Assembly: GCA_964016885.1 (NCBI GenBank)
Contig: OZ024747.1
Span: 19,220,001-19,284,000 of the forward strand
From: Eledone cirrhosa
Lineage: Eukaryota
DNA length: 64,000 bases
Reading direction: 5' to 3'
Shown here: piece after piece, positions 30,614-42,332 of the stretch
Numbering within the stretch: position 1 is the first letter of the stretch
How the letters are laid out: every line of letters starts with the position of its first letter
Program-made: the position numbers and the translations under genes
The notes under the pieces: model-generated
What the model saw: only the letters and a program-made list of their open reading frames with translations
Told to the model about the DNA's origin: nothing
Database searches by the model: none

Positions 30614-32118
30614 TTGGAATAAATGCTCTGAAATAGCGATATATATGTGAATATAGACATAGAATATTCGAAAATATTCTGTATGTTTATAATAAACATT
30701 TTGAAGACCTAATCGCTATAGAATAGAATACGTCACGTATTACAATTAGATTCTCGATAAAAGCAAGGGAAGTAATCTACGCGTTTCATTCTTGTTAGAA
30801 ATCATCAGGACCACATATCCAGTGCTTTTATCGAGAATGACACAGCTAGAGACTTATAGAATACTTAGCTGTGTACAGGAACTGGTTTGAAAGAGCGGTT
30901 GTCGGTCCGGCAGAAATTAGAAATTGGAATAAATGCTCTGAAATAGCGATATATATGTGAATATAGACATAGAATATTCGAAAATATTCTGTATGTTTAT
31001 AATAAACATTTTGAAGACCTAATCGCTATAGAATAGAATACGTCACGTATTACAATTAGATTCTCGATAAAAGCAAGGGAAGTAATCTACGCGTTTCATT
31101 CTTGTTAGAAATCATCAGGACCACATATCCAGTGCTTTTATCGAGAATGACACAGCTAGAGACTTATAGAATACTTAGCTGTGTACAGGAACTGGTTTGA
31201 AAGAGCGGTTGCCGGTCCGGCAGAAATTAGAAATTGGAATAAATGCTCTGAATTAGCGATATATATGTGAATATAGACATAGAATATTCTATAAGTCTCT
31301 AGCTGTGTCATTCTCGATAAAAGCACTGGATATGTGGTCCTGATGATTTCTAACAAGAATGAAACGCGTAGATTACTTCCCTTGCTTTTATCGAGAATCT
31401 AATTGTAATACGTGACGTATTCTATTCTATAGCGATTAGGTCTTCAAAATGTTTATTATAAACATACAGAATATTTTCGAATATTCTATGTCTATATTCA
31501 CATATATATCGCTATTTCAGAGCATTTATTCCAATTTCTAATTTCTGCCGGACCGGCAACCGCTCTTTCAAACCAGTTCCTGTACACAGCTAAGTATTCT
31601 ATAAGTCTCTAGCTGTGTCATTCTCGATAAAAGCACTGGATATGTGGTCCTGATGATTTCTAACAAGAATGAAACGCGTAGATTACTTCCCTTGCTTTTA
31701 TCGAGAATCTAATTGTAATACGTGACGTATTCTATTCTATAGCGATTAGGTCTTCAAAATGTTTATTATAAACATACAGAATATTTTCGAATATTCTATG
31801 TCTATATTCACATATATATCGCTATTTCAGAGCATTTATTCCAATTTCTAATTTCTGCCGGACCGGCAACCGCTCTTTCAAACCAGTTCCTGTACACAGC
31901 TAAGTATTCTATAAGTCTCTAGCTGTGTCATTCTCGATAAAAGCACTGGATATGTGGTCCTGATGATTTCTAACAAGAATGAAACGCGTAGATTACTTCC
32001 CTTGCTTTTATCGAGAATCTAATTGTAATACGTGACGTATTCTATTCTATAGCGATTAGGTCTTCAAAATGTTTATTATAAACATACAGAATATTTTCGA
32101 ATATTCTATGTCTATATT

Positions 32119-32121
<3 letters not shown>
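30614..32121. repeat. Head-to-head array of 310-bp hammerhead-containing units (non-LTR retrozyme-like)
   Basis: ttggaat at 30614/30924/31234 gives period 310; inversion at atagaatattctat (~31279-31292). HHRs GUGGUC-CUGAUGA-UUUCU aaca AGAAU-GAAA-CGCG-UA-GAUUAC at 30772-30814 and 31082-31124 (-) and at 31334-31376, 31644-31686 and 31954-31996 (+). Confidence 0.92.
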
Positions 32122-32183
<62 letters not shown>

Positions 32184-32187
<4 letters not shown>

Positions 32188-33752
32188 TCGTTGACAAATA
32201 TATCAATATGCCCAGACATGCAGATATATTGCCCTTGATATGACAGTGTGGTTTTAGTTCAATGTAGGATAACTGGTATACTACAGAGCCGTTATAGTTA
32301 TAGGAATAACCAAGGAGTGCTTAGAAATACATTGTTTTATTAGCTAACAGTGTTTCATCCATACCCCATGGCAGGAATCATCAGAGCCTATAAACAAGAG
32401 TATATCAGTAGTTGCATGCTCCATCGAGCTGCGTCACCAGAACAAGGTTAAAGGACCAGCAGGGGGTCCCGAGGCCAGCGCTATATGGAAAAAGACAGAA
32501 TACATGATGCACATAATGTCATAAAATGTCTTAAAAAATTTAAAAATTACACCAAAAATTTATCACTTAAATGGTGCAATAGATGACAAAGAGGTTGGGA
32601 GAGGGTAACAAGGGATGAGTGAGGGTATTACTCAGCATGATCAGAAACAATAAGAAAATAATAAAAAAAATAATAAAAAAGTACAAAAATACAGGGATAA
32701 GAAAAGAGATAAATATAAAAATACAAAACAATAAAGGAACAAAAAGCCCGGAAAACCCCCAAAATATAAGACAAAGCAGAGCATAGATACATCAAAGCAC
32801 AAGCAGTACAAAAAGAGGGTGTACAGGCAGATTAAGAGAGTTTGCAAGCATGAGTCTGTGAAAAGAATAGTTGGTTAGCAGTGGTGCAGCCTTACATGTA
32901 TGATAGTCCATATGAGGGATGGTGTACTCCAATTATATCGCCTTGTAACAGGTCGATTCTCCTTATCATATCCGCACCCCACGAACCACATCGATATGTT
33001 CCAGTTCCGAACGGTAAGTGAGATAACACTATTTTTCCAAAACCTATACCCAGGGGATTTATCACCATAGGCGGTCTGGGATATACACCTAAAATCTAAA
33101 ATAAAAAATAAAAGAAAGTACGACGAGTTAAAGAAATGTATGGTACATATACAGCCGGCACAGATGTGAGGAAATTGAAAACACGCCAGGTCCGCAGAAA
33201 CTGGCATTCCCCCAAATCCTCACGTTCGGTCGCTCAATCCAACGTGCCAGGTGAAATTCACTGTATGTCCAAGTTGGCGTTCAACCAATGTATCGCACCG
33301 CATACAATTGTACCACAGTAAATACAAATCGTGATGGCTATCCCGTTACATATAGATAAAAAGTGTATATAGGAAACTCCGCTTCCAGAATCACATATGG
33401 CAGAATGAGCAGATATTGTTATAATAATAGACGGGTTTATTATAGTGAGTGCAAATTTCTGTAGAATATATAGATATATATACCAGAGAGAACTCACAGC
33501 CAAACCTGTCAATGACAGCTATGTTATTTATATGTCCGCCACGTGGTTTTCGTTTAGATTATTGACTCCAGAGGTTGCAATCCTTTCACAGTCGGGTGTG
33601 ACCCCTCCTGAGTCGGCGGGAGTTCAATATCCAGTGCTGCACTTTGCCTTGAGTGTGGTTCTATAATTCATCAAAGCTGGATCACAATTCATATTCAACT
33701 AACTCCAACTTTCAAAGATTAGTCTCTCGCTCGTAACACATAACGGTAGTCC

Positions 33753-33757
<5 letters not shown>
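32184..33757 (-). mobile_element. Probable decayed or non-autonomous Penelope-like element
   Basis: (TA)n on both sides, HHR near the 3' end, T-rich UTR, and a weak frameshifted IYC..C..YIG*T remnant at ~33280-33340. Confidence 0.5.
32342..32388 (-). ncRNA. Type I hammerhead ribozyme (family F) near the 3' end of element 32184-33757
   Basis: Minus: GGCU-CUGAUGA-UUCCUGCC augg GGUAUGGAU-GAAA-CACUG-UU-AGCU. Confidence 0.72.
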
Positions 33758-33812
<55 letters not shown>

Positions 33813-34636
33813 CTTAGCACAAATGTTGCATAAAGGCACCGAATGAGGTCCCATAAAGTTTCGGATCCATATTATATTGTTGTATCGCTCAAATATTCAA
33901 TTTTGTATTATATATTTTGTATTCAAAAAAAGAAAATGGTTATAAATGGAACAAAACACTCTCTGTCTACACTATATAGAACAGCGGCAATTTCAATTTC
34001 ACCAACACCAGAAACTTGATACACTACCTATCCCATCACACTAAATATAACGGCAACTTCACCGGCATCATAATAATAATTACTATTATTATTGTCTCAA
34101 ATTTAAAAAAATGTTTAATTCAAATTTTACGGGAATATGTCAACACAAAATATAATGAAAATATATATTAAACATACGAACACAAACTCATAGATACTAT
34201 ATCAGTAACAACAACACCACCACATCCATCATCGCCGCCACCACTCATTCAATGCTACTGACACTATTCCCCTGTTAACTTGAGAGAGAAAAGGGAAGGT
34301 GGTGGTAGCACTAGACAAGAGAGAGGCTAGCAAAAGATATAAATAGATTGACTTGGTAACCTTGCCACGGACAAATGTCTACATCAACAATTATGGGACT
34401 GCTGGCTCACCCCTTCCTCACCAACAATATAAAAAGCCCCGGCACCACCACCGACATAGCCAGCAGCAATAACAGCCAACTACAACAAAAAGTATATTAT
34501 ATTATTGTAATGCACTGGGTGATTGCTGGGCTGGAGTGGAGACAATTATTAATAATTTCATTCTTAAGCCACGCAATGCTCACATTAAGGAACCACTCAT
34601 GATAATAACAATTTAAAAAAAACAACAAAAAGAAAA

Positions 34637-34738
34637 CCCCGTGACCAAGAAATACCGGGATGGCGGCCGGCGGGGAATAGCCATGTCTCTAGGGGAGAAC
34701 GACCCCTCTAGTCTTGGTTGACACTCGTTCTAGAAGTG
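34637..34738 (+). ncRNA. Putative multi-pseudoknot RNA with HDV-ribozyme-like topology in the R4 5' UTR
   Basis: Pairings 34637-41/34671-75, 34642-50/34712-20, 34655-58/34667-70, 34660-64/34680-84, 34691-95/34703-07 and 34696-702/34725-31. Confidence 0.55.
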
Positions 34739-34796
34739 GTAACACGAAAAGATTACCCCTTGGCGGATAAGGATAAAACGCGACAAAATAAAGTAG

Positions 34797-37700
34797 ATGT
34801 CTAATGATGAAATCTCATACCGGATCGGCCGTCACCCGGGTAAAAAAGGGCCGCGTCCCTCAGAGAGGAACCAGACTGGGGTCGAAAAATCAGCTAATGG
34901 TTCAAACCTTCCCATCACTTCGGAGCTGGAGACCTCCCATAACCGGAATACTCCTACTGTTGGCCCTCCATGCTCACCACCAAGAAATCCAAAGAAAAAG
35001 AGAGAAAAATGGTCAAGGGAAGATAATAAAGAAGTCCTTGAGGCTTTCTACACTGCCATGTACTACCCATCAAATACATCGAATACAGAGCAAACATATA
35101 TCAACTGGAAAAAGAAACATCCCGAAAACAGAGGCTATATTGACAGTAACAAACTAGCCAATATACGAAGAAATATTGTAAGAAAAAAGTTACTAACTGA
35201 TATAGAAATTGATCAGATCAAGCTAGTAGCACAAAGTCAGCGAAGGGAAAATGAAGCATGTGTCAGTGAAAACGAGGTAAACTGTAACACTTCGAATCCC
35301 AGAGTTGGGGCGGAATCACTGGCAACAGAACAAATTAAAGAAAGGAGCGAAAAAGTGGAGGGAGTGCATGCTCAGGATGAAACTCCAAATGAAAATAATG
35401 AGATCGTAAATGATAAAGAAATGAATGAGAATGAACTTGCCAACTTGAAGGATGAAATTATGATCGAATGGATGAAAATGAAAGAATCTGACATGGGGGA
35501 ACGAGACACCCTCCCTAAGATCCAGAACTCCAAACAGAACCAAAAGATAATACACAAGACAAACATAATTCTCAAAAACATTATCATCACAAACAAACTA
35601 AGCATTACTGACTTAAATCATCTCTATTATGCATCGGCTAAAGTCACCACTCACTTATGTGGAGTGAAGATGAAAAAACAAAGGAATTCCCACAAGAAAT
35701 CTACTTGGCAAGATAACATCAATCGCCAAATAAACCTTCTCCGATCTGACATAGAAATTTTAACAAACTATAAAGTAGGTGAACATGTTAAACAAACTAA
35801 ACTTAGAAAATTGAAAAAAAAGTACAGTATAAGATCAACATGTGACATAGACATGCTGATAGAAACAATCAAGCAAAAAGTGTCGGCCAAAGCTGCTCGT
35901 ATAAGGCGCTTTGAAAAACGATCTAGATTCTATAAGGACAATAATATGTTCAAAAACAACCAAAGAAACTTCTACAGAAAAATTGGTAAGTCAACAATAA
36001 CTGCTAAATCAATACCACCCAAGGAGGAAGTGCAAGAATTCTGGGAAAAGATCTGGGCCGAAGAAAAAGTTCATAACATACATGCCCCATGGATAGACAG
36101 ACAAATGAAAGAAACAGCTCACCTTGAAGAACAAACATGGGAAAATATAACAGTTGAACAGCTGCGCTTGGCTCTAAGAAAAACCAGCAAATGGAAATCC
36201 CCAGGAAAAGACAAAATACAAAACTTTTGGATAAATGCCTTCACAGAGTCTCATGAGCTGTTAGCCCAACTTTACAATGAAATAGTTAAGGAGCCAGAAA
36301 AGATACCATCATGGCTAGTTAACGGCATTACATTCCTGCTACCGAAGAATGATGAGACAAACAATCCCAAAAATTACAGACCGATAACCTGCTTGACCAC
36401 AATGTATAAAATTTTAACATCAGTCCTAACTGAATACACATATGACCACCTGATAACAAATGACCTATTTCCCATTGAGCAGAAAGGGTGTAAACGAGGC
36501 TCATATGGCTGTAAGGATCAGCTTCTGGTTAACAAAATGATACTGGAAGATTGTCATAATAGACACAAAAATCTATCGATTGCTTGGATAGATTATAAAA
36601 AAGCATTTGATAGTTTGCCACACAGTTGGATTGAAAAATGTTTAGAGATTTTCAAAATATCCCCCGTTATCAGGAGGTTTTTGTCATTCAGTATGAGGAC
36701 ATGGAGAACGACACTCCTTTTGAATAGTGAAACAAAATCACTGGAAGCTGGAGAAGTTAACATTAATTGTGGAATTTTTCAGGGTGACTCTTTATCACCG
36801 CTTTTATTCTGCATCGCACTTATACCATTAAGTAAAATGCTCAATGAAACAAAACATGGATATAGAGTCTATGACAAAACCATTAATCACCTGTTCTACA
36901 TGGATGACCTGAAACTATTTGCAAAAAATGATGAACAATTGCAAGGGCTATTATCCACTGTGAAGCAGTTCAGTGATGACATTAAAATGGAGTTTGGACT
37001 GGATAAATGCGCCAAAGCAACGTTCACCAGAGGAAAGCTGCTGAAGAGTTCAGACATTAATCTTGATCGGGGGAACGTGATAAGAGAGCTTGATCAAGAA
37101 CAAACTTACAAATATCTAGGTGTTTGTGAAGGAGACGGAATCAAGCACTCGACAATGAGGGAAAGGATAAGGAAGGAATGTTACCGCAGAGTCAGAGCAA
37201 TCTTAAGAACGGAATTGAATGCAAGGAATAGGATCGATGCCATAAACACGCTTGCCATACCAGTAGTAACCTACAGTTACAATGTCATCAACTGGTCAAG
37301 CACAGAGATCCGTAGGCTCGATACAAAAATCCGAAAATTCTTAACCATGCACAGAATGCATCACCCTAAGGCAGACATAGATAGAATATATCTCCCTAGG
37401 AAAGAAGGAGGACGTGGGTTAATCCAGTTAGACATTGCGTTGAAAACTGCAACAATTGGATTATCCACATATCTAAGGGAATCACATGATTGGATGATCA
37501 AACTCGTTTTGAAACACGAAAGCACCAAAAGATCATATTCCATTACAAAAGATGCACAAAGATACAGTAATGGACTACAAATTTCAGAAGTCCCATTTAC
37601 TGCTGAAATGGAAAACACAGAAAAAGCAAAGCAGGTAAAAGTAACTGCAAAGAAAGAACTGCTACAGAAACTGGCTAAGAAATGGCAAGAAAAGCCTCTG

Positions 37701-38447
37701 TATGGAAAATACCCAGAGCGAGCTAACAATCCTGATGTTGACAAAACTTTAACCCATCAGTGGTTGGCATCCTCTGGACTGAAATCGGAGACTGAAGGAC
37801 TGATTATATCCGCACAAGATCAGTGTCTGCCAACAAAAAATTACCAAGCCAACATAATAAAAAATGGGTGCAGCCCATTATGCCGTGTATGCAAAAAACA
37901 ACCAGAGACCATTGACCATATAATTTCAATGTGCAGTCCTATAGCTCCAACCGAATACCTAAACAGGCATGACAGAGCTGCACAATACATACATTGGATA
38001 ATGTGCAAGCATTTTGACCTGCCCCATCAAAAGAATTGGTGGGAGCATCAACCACCTCCCATACTTGAAAAAGATCACATCTCAATCTTGTGGAACTTTA
38101 GCATCCAAACAGACCGAAAAATAGATGCAAATAGACCTGATATAATATTGAAGGACTTTCAAAGGAGGGTATGCCTGCTAATTGATATGTCTGTTCCAAT
38201 AGACAAGAATGTATCTATAAAAACATTTGAAAAATTGAGCAAGTATAAGGACCTGGAGATAGAAATTGGAAAAATGTGGAAATTGAGAACTAAAACAATA
38301 CCAGTGGTTGTAGGCGCTCTGGGAATGATACCTAAGGGGTCTAACGACTACTTATCGCAAATCCCAGGAAACCCGCGTATAGGAGAAATACAAAAGATAG
38401 TACTAATGGGAACTGCCCATATACTAAGGAAGATCCTGTCAATATAA
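34797..38447 (+). CDS. Reverse transcriptase-restriction-like endonuclease polyprotein (1216 aa, intact)
   Basis: KSPGKD, NYRPITCL, WIDYKKAFDS, GIFQGDSLSP, FYMDD, YKYLG, GGRGL; CCHC knuckle CRVC...ETIDHIISMC; RHD; ANRPDIIL...LIDMSVP...EKLSKY. Confidence 0.97.
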   Translation: MSNDEISYRIGRHPGKKGPRPSERNQTGVEKSANGSNLPITSELETSHNRNTPTVGPPCSPPRNPKKKREKWSREDNKEVLEAFYTAMYYPSNTSNTEQTYINWKKKHPENRGYIDSNKLANIRRNIVRKKLLTDIEIDQIKLVAQSQRRENEACVSENEVNCNTSNPRVGAESLATEQIKERSEKVEGVHAQDETPNENNEIVNDKEMNENELANLKDEIMIEWMKMKESDMGERDTLPKIQNSKQNQKIIHKTNIILKNIIITNKLSITDLNHLYYASAKVTTHLCGVKMKKQRNSHKKSTWQDNINRQINLLRSDIEILTNYKVGEHVKQTKLRKLKKKYSIRSTCDIDMLIETIKQKVSAKAARIRRFEKRSRFYKDNNMFKNNQRNFYRKIGKSTITAKSIPPKEEVQEFWEKIWAEEKVHNIHAPWIDRQMKETAHLEEQTWENITVEQLRLALRKTSKWKSPGKDKIQNFWINAFTESHELLAQLYNEIVKEPEKIPSWLVNGITFLLPKNDETNNPKNYRPITCLTTMYKILTSVLTEYTYDHLITNDLFPIEQKGCKRGSYGCKDQLLVNKMILEDCHNRHKNLSIAWIDYKKAFDSLPHSWIEKCLEIFKISPVIRRFLSFSMRTWRTTLLLNSETKSLEAGEVNINCGIFQGDSLSPLLFCIALIPLSKMLNETKHGYRVYDKTINHLFYMDDLKLFAKNDEQLQGLLSTVKQFSDDIKMEFGLDKCAKATFTRGKLLKSSDINLDRGNVIRELDQEQTYKYLGVCEGDGIKHSTMRERIRKECYRRVRAILRTELNARNRIDAINTLAIPVVTYSYNVINWSSTEIRRLDTKIRKFLTMHRMHHPKADIDRIYLPRKEGGRGLIQLDIALKTATIGLSTYLRESHDWMIKLVLKHESTKRSYSITKDAQRYSNGLQISEVPFTAEMENTEKAKQVKVTAKKELLQKLAKKWQEKPLYGKYPERANNPDVDKTLTHQWLASSGLKSETEGLIISAQDQCLPTKNYQANIIKNGCSPLCRVCKKQPETIDHIISMCSPIAPTEYLNRHDRAAQYIHWIMCKHFDLPHQKNWWEHQPPPILEKDHISILWNFSIQTDRKIDANRPDIILKDFQRRVCLLIDMSVPIDKNVSIKTFEKLSKYKDLEIEIGKMWKLRTKTIPVVVGALGMIPKGSNDYLSQIPGNPRIGEIQKIVLMGTAHILRKILSI

Positions 38448-38613
38448 GTACATCACAAGTCTAAACACTAAGGATGCATGTGTGAATATGTGTGTTCTTT
38501 CTTGAACATGGCGGACCTTGTTGTCTCTTGAGGTCACTGGTTGTGACTTGGTGATAACTCGTATAAACATAAAGCAAGATAAATGCAAATAATAATAATA
38601 ATAATAATAATAA

Positions 38614-38866
38614 GGTCTAATGATTACTTATCGCAAATCCCAGGAAACCCGCGTATAGGAGAAATACAAAAGATAGTACTAATGGGAACTGCCCATATAC
38701 TAAGGAAGATTCTGTCAATATAAGTACATCACAAGTCTAAACACTAAAGATGCATGTGTGAGTATGTATGTTCTTCCTTGAACATGGCGGACCTTGTTGT
38801 CTCTTGAGGTCACTGGTTGTGACTTGGTGATAACTCGTATGAACATAAAGCAAGATAAATGCAACT

Positions 38867-38901
<35 letters not shown>

Positions 38902-39219
38902 TGAGAACTAAAACAATACCAGTGGTTGTAGGCGCTCTGGGAATGATACCTAAGGGGTCTAATGATTACTTATCGCAAATCCCAGGAAACCCGCGTATAG
39001 GAGAAATACAAAAGATAGTACTAATGGGAACTGCCCATATACTAAGGAAGATTCTGTCAATATAAGTACATCACAAGTCTAAACACTAAAGATGCATGTG
39101 TGAGTATGTATGTTCTTTCTTGAACATGGCGGACCTTGTTGTCTCTTGAGGTCACTGGTTCTGATTTGGTGATAACTCGTATGAACATAAAGCAAGATAA
39201 ATGCAACTGTAATAATAAT
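38614..39219 (+). mobile_element. Two 5'-truncated R4/Dong copies in tandem (38614-38900; ~38899-39219), each ending in (TAA)n
   Basis: Near-identical to the last ~250 and ~310 bp of the full-length element. Confidence 0.93.
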
Positions 39220-39401
39220 TGTTTCTACTTTAGGCACAAGGCCAGCAATTACCCAGTTCATTACTGGTACTTTATTTTATCGACCCTGTAAGGATGAAAG
39301 GCAAAGTCAACCTCGGCGGGATTTGAACTCAGATCGTAAAGGGACGTAACTATACTGGAAAGCATGGCGTTCGACCCTCTACCGATACTGCCAATCCACC
39401 G
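39213..39401 (-). mobile_element. tRNA-derived SINE whose (ATT)n tail abuts the R4 cluster
   Basis: ttgtttctactttaggcacaagg...gatttgaactcag...gccaatccaccg. Confidence 0.9.
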
Positions 39402-39525
39402 ATGCTGCAGTTGCTGCTTATGCTGCTGTTACTGGTGCTGATGCTGTTTGTGATCATTATATTGGTTTTTACGCCTGTTATACTCTGTTTTTTTTTTCAC
39501 ATTTGCATATTTCGCTTAGTAGTAA

Positions 39526-39580
<55 letters not shown>

Positions 39581-40609
39581 TGTTGTTGTTGTTGTTGCCG
39601 TCTTATATTTACCCCGTTTCTTAAATTTATTTCCTTTATTTTGTTTGTTTGTTTACTTCATGTTAACAATCAAATTTGTTTCAATTTTAACAAATATGAA
39701 CTGAAAACATTTTCTCTTATCTTTGACAATTTTTAAAGTAATTTCGAAAATATTATTATTATTAGATTTTGTTGTCATTTGTGGAGGTGTTATTGATATA
39801 GTAGTAGTAATAGTAGTAGTAGTAGTAGTGGTAGTGGTAGTGGTAGTAGTGGTAGTAGTAGTATTAGTAGTAGTGGTAGTAGTCGTCGTAGTAGTATCGT
39901 AGTAGTAGTCGTAGTAGTAGTAATAGTAATAGTAGTAGTAGTCGTAGTAGTAGTAGTAGTAGTAATAGTAGTAGTAGTAGTAGTAATAGTCGTCGTAGTA
40001 ATATCGTAGTAGTAGTCGTAGTAGTAGTAATAGTAGTAGTAGTAGTAGTAATAGTAGTAGTAGTAGCTGTAGTAGTAGTAGTAGTAATAGTCGTCGTAGT
40101 AGTATCGTAGTAGTAGTCGTAGTAGTAGTAATAGTAGTAGTAGTAGTAGTCATCGTAGTAGTAGTAATAGTAGTAGTAGTAGTAGTCGTCGTCGTCGTCG
40201 TAGTAGTAGTAGTGGTAGTAGTCATCGTACTAGTATCGTATTAGTAGTCGTAGTAGTAGTAATAGTAGTAGTAATAGTATTAGTAGCAGTAGAAGTAGTA
40301 GTAGTGATAGTAGTAGTAGTAATAATAGTAGCGGTAGTAGTAGTAGTATTTGTAGTAGTAGAAGTAGTCGTGGTCGTAGTTTTTATTGTTCTTGTTCCGT
40401 CTTCATGCCCCGTCATCATCAACACCATCATCATCACTATCACCATCACCATTGTCATCTTATGGTTATGATGATAATAATGATGATCATGAACAGGAGC
40501 GGAGTGAACATATCATTATTATCATTATTAATAATATCAATATTATTATTAATATGTAAATAAACAATTATTACTGCTTTGTTGTCATTTTGTTTTAATG
40601 TTATTTTAC

Positions 40610-40675
<66 letters not shown>

Positions 40676-42113
40676 GGTTTATTTCAATTATTTTTTTATA
40701 TATTTTATTAACATTCTATCGAAATTGTTTCAATGAAATTTGATGCAAAAAAAAAATCTAATCAGAATCATAAATATATAATTGAATTTTTTCACGTTTT
40801 ATTATGCTGCTTTTTATCGTATTTATTGTCCAAACTTTGAGGGAAATAAATAAATATTTTTATCTGCGAAAACTTAATTTTTGGTTTGTATTTTCTGATG
40901 CATGAGTGATTTATTAATTTTTTTACTAAATAAGAGGTGAATAGTGAATTTAAAATAAAATAAGAAGCACAAATCAAATATTTGATATATTAGGAATATG
41001 ACATTGTTCTAGAGTTGCCAAATATAGTAGTCTGCTGTTCCATGTTCAAATGCTATTCATGGTTTAAATTAATTCCGGTTTTCTGGACTCCTATTATAAT
41101 ATGAGTGTCATAATATCGCATTGGTCATTGCTTCATGTGAAAAACCAATGCGGCTGTATTGAATTGTCCAGGCTAGCCAGAGTGTTTAGAGTGTGACGTT
41201 TTGATGAATATTATCAGAACCTGGCCAGCCAGTGAGTGTATATAGTCTATCTACCCTATCAATATCAAAACTCCACTTGTCCTGTATTCAGTCAATCAAG
41301 GTCCCGTAACTGGTGTAGTTCGTCGTTGGAGGTACCTTCTCTATATGTTTAACTATGTCTTCCTCATGACATATCACTGGGCCTCAGAAACGCTCTCTAA
41401 GAGCCTATTACCTCAACTGTCAGCAGAGGTAGTAAGGATAGTAAGGTGAAAAAAGGAGAGCAAGGCGAGCAAGTAGCGCAAAATGAAGAGGGATTAAAAG
41501 GAGAGCAGGGAGTTTAAGGAGAAAAGAAAAACAAGGAGAAATAGGAGAGCAATGAGAAAAAGAGAGTAAGGAGAGTAAGGAGAGTAAGGAGGAAGATAAA
41601 GCATGGAGAGCGGGAGAGGAAAGCAGGTAAAATTGTATGGAAAGAAGAGGAAATAGGGAGACAAAGAGAGGGGAAAGAGGAAAGAAGAGGGAGTAAGTGG
41701 TGGAGAGAGGGGGAATAGGGGAAAGAAGGAGAAAGAGGGGGAAAAGGGGAGAGAGATGGAAAAAAGGGGAAATAGGGAAATGAAAAGGAAAAAGGGGAAA
41801 GAGGGGGAAAGAGGGAATGAGAGGAAGGGAAGGAATGGGAGGAAAAAGAGGAAGGGGAAGAAGGAGAGGAAGGGGTGGAAGAGGAGGAAGGTGAGGAAGG
41901 GGTGGAAGGGGTGGAAAAGGAGGAAGGGGAGGAAAGTGAAGTGGAGGAAGGAGAGGAAAGTGAAGAGAAGGAATTTGAAGGGGAAGAAGGGGAGGAAGGG
42001 GAGGAAGGGGAGGAAGGGGAGGAAGGGGAGGAAGGGGAGGAAGGAGAGGAAGGAGATGAAGGGGAGAAGTGGAGGAAGGAGGAAGGGCACATGTATTATC
42101 CAACCGTATGCCA

Positions 42114-42146
<33 letters not shown>

Positions 42147-42299
42147 AACATATTTTATCACATGCATATGTATATATATGCATGTTTGTATGCACGTACA
42201 TGAATATGCATGTTCGTATATATGTACATATGTATGTATGTACATATGTATGTTCGTATATATGTACATATGTATGTACATATGTATGTATGTATGTAC

Positions 42300-42330
<31 letters not shown>

Positions 42331-42332
42331 TG

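Larger units (their letters stand above)
34631..38613 (+). mobile_element. Full-length R4/Dong-clade non-LTR retrotransposon with (TAA)n 3' end
   Basis: Structured 5' UTR, a single intact ORF, ~140-bp 3' UTR and (TAA)n at 38588-38613. Dong elements are known to target TAA repeats. Confidence 0.92.

Noticed and set aside
41160-41410. Two degenerate hammerhead-like strings (minus ctgataa...aaaacgtc; plus ctcatga...gaaacgctctcta)
   Set aside because: Multiple core substitutions and poor stems; unsupported.
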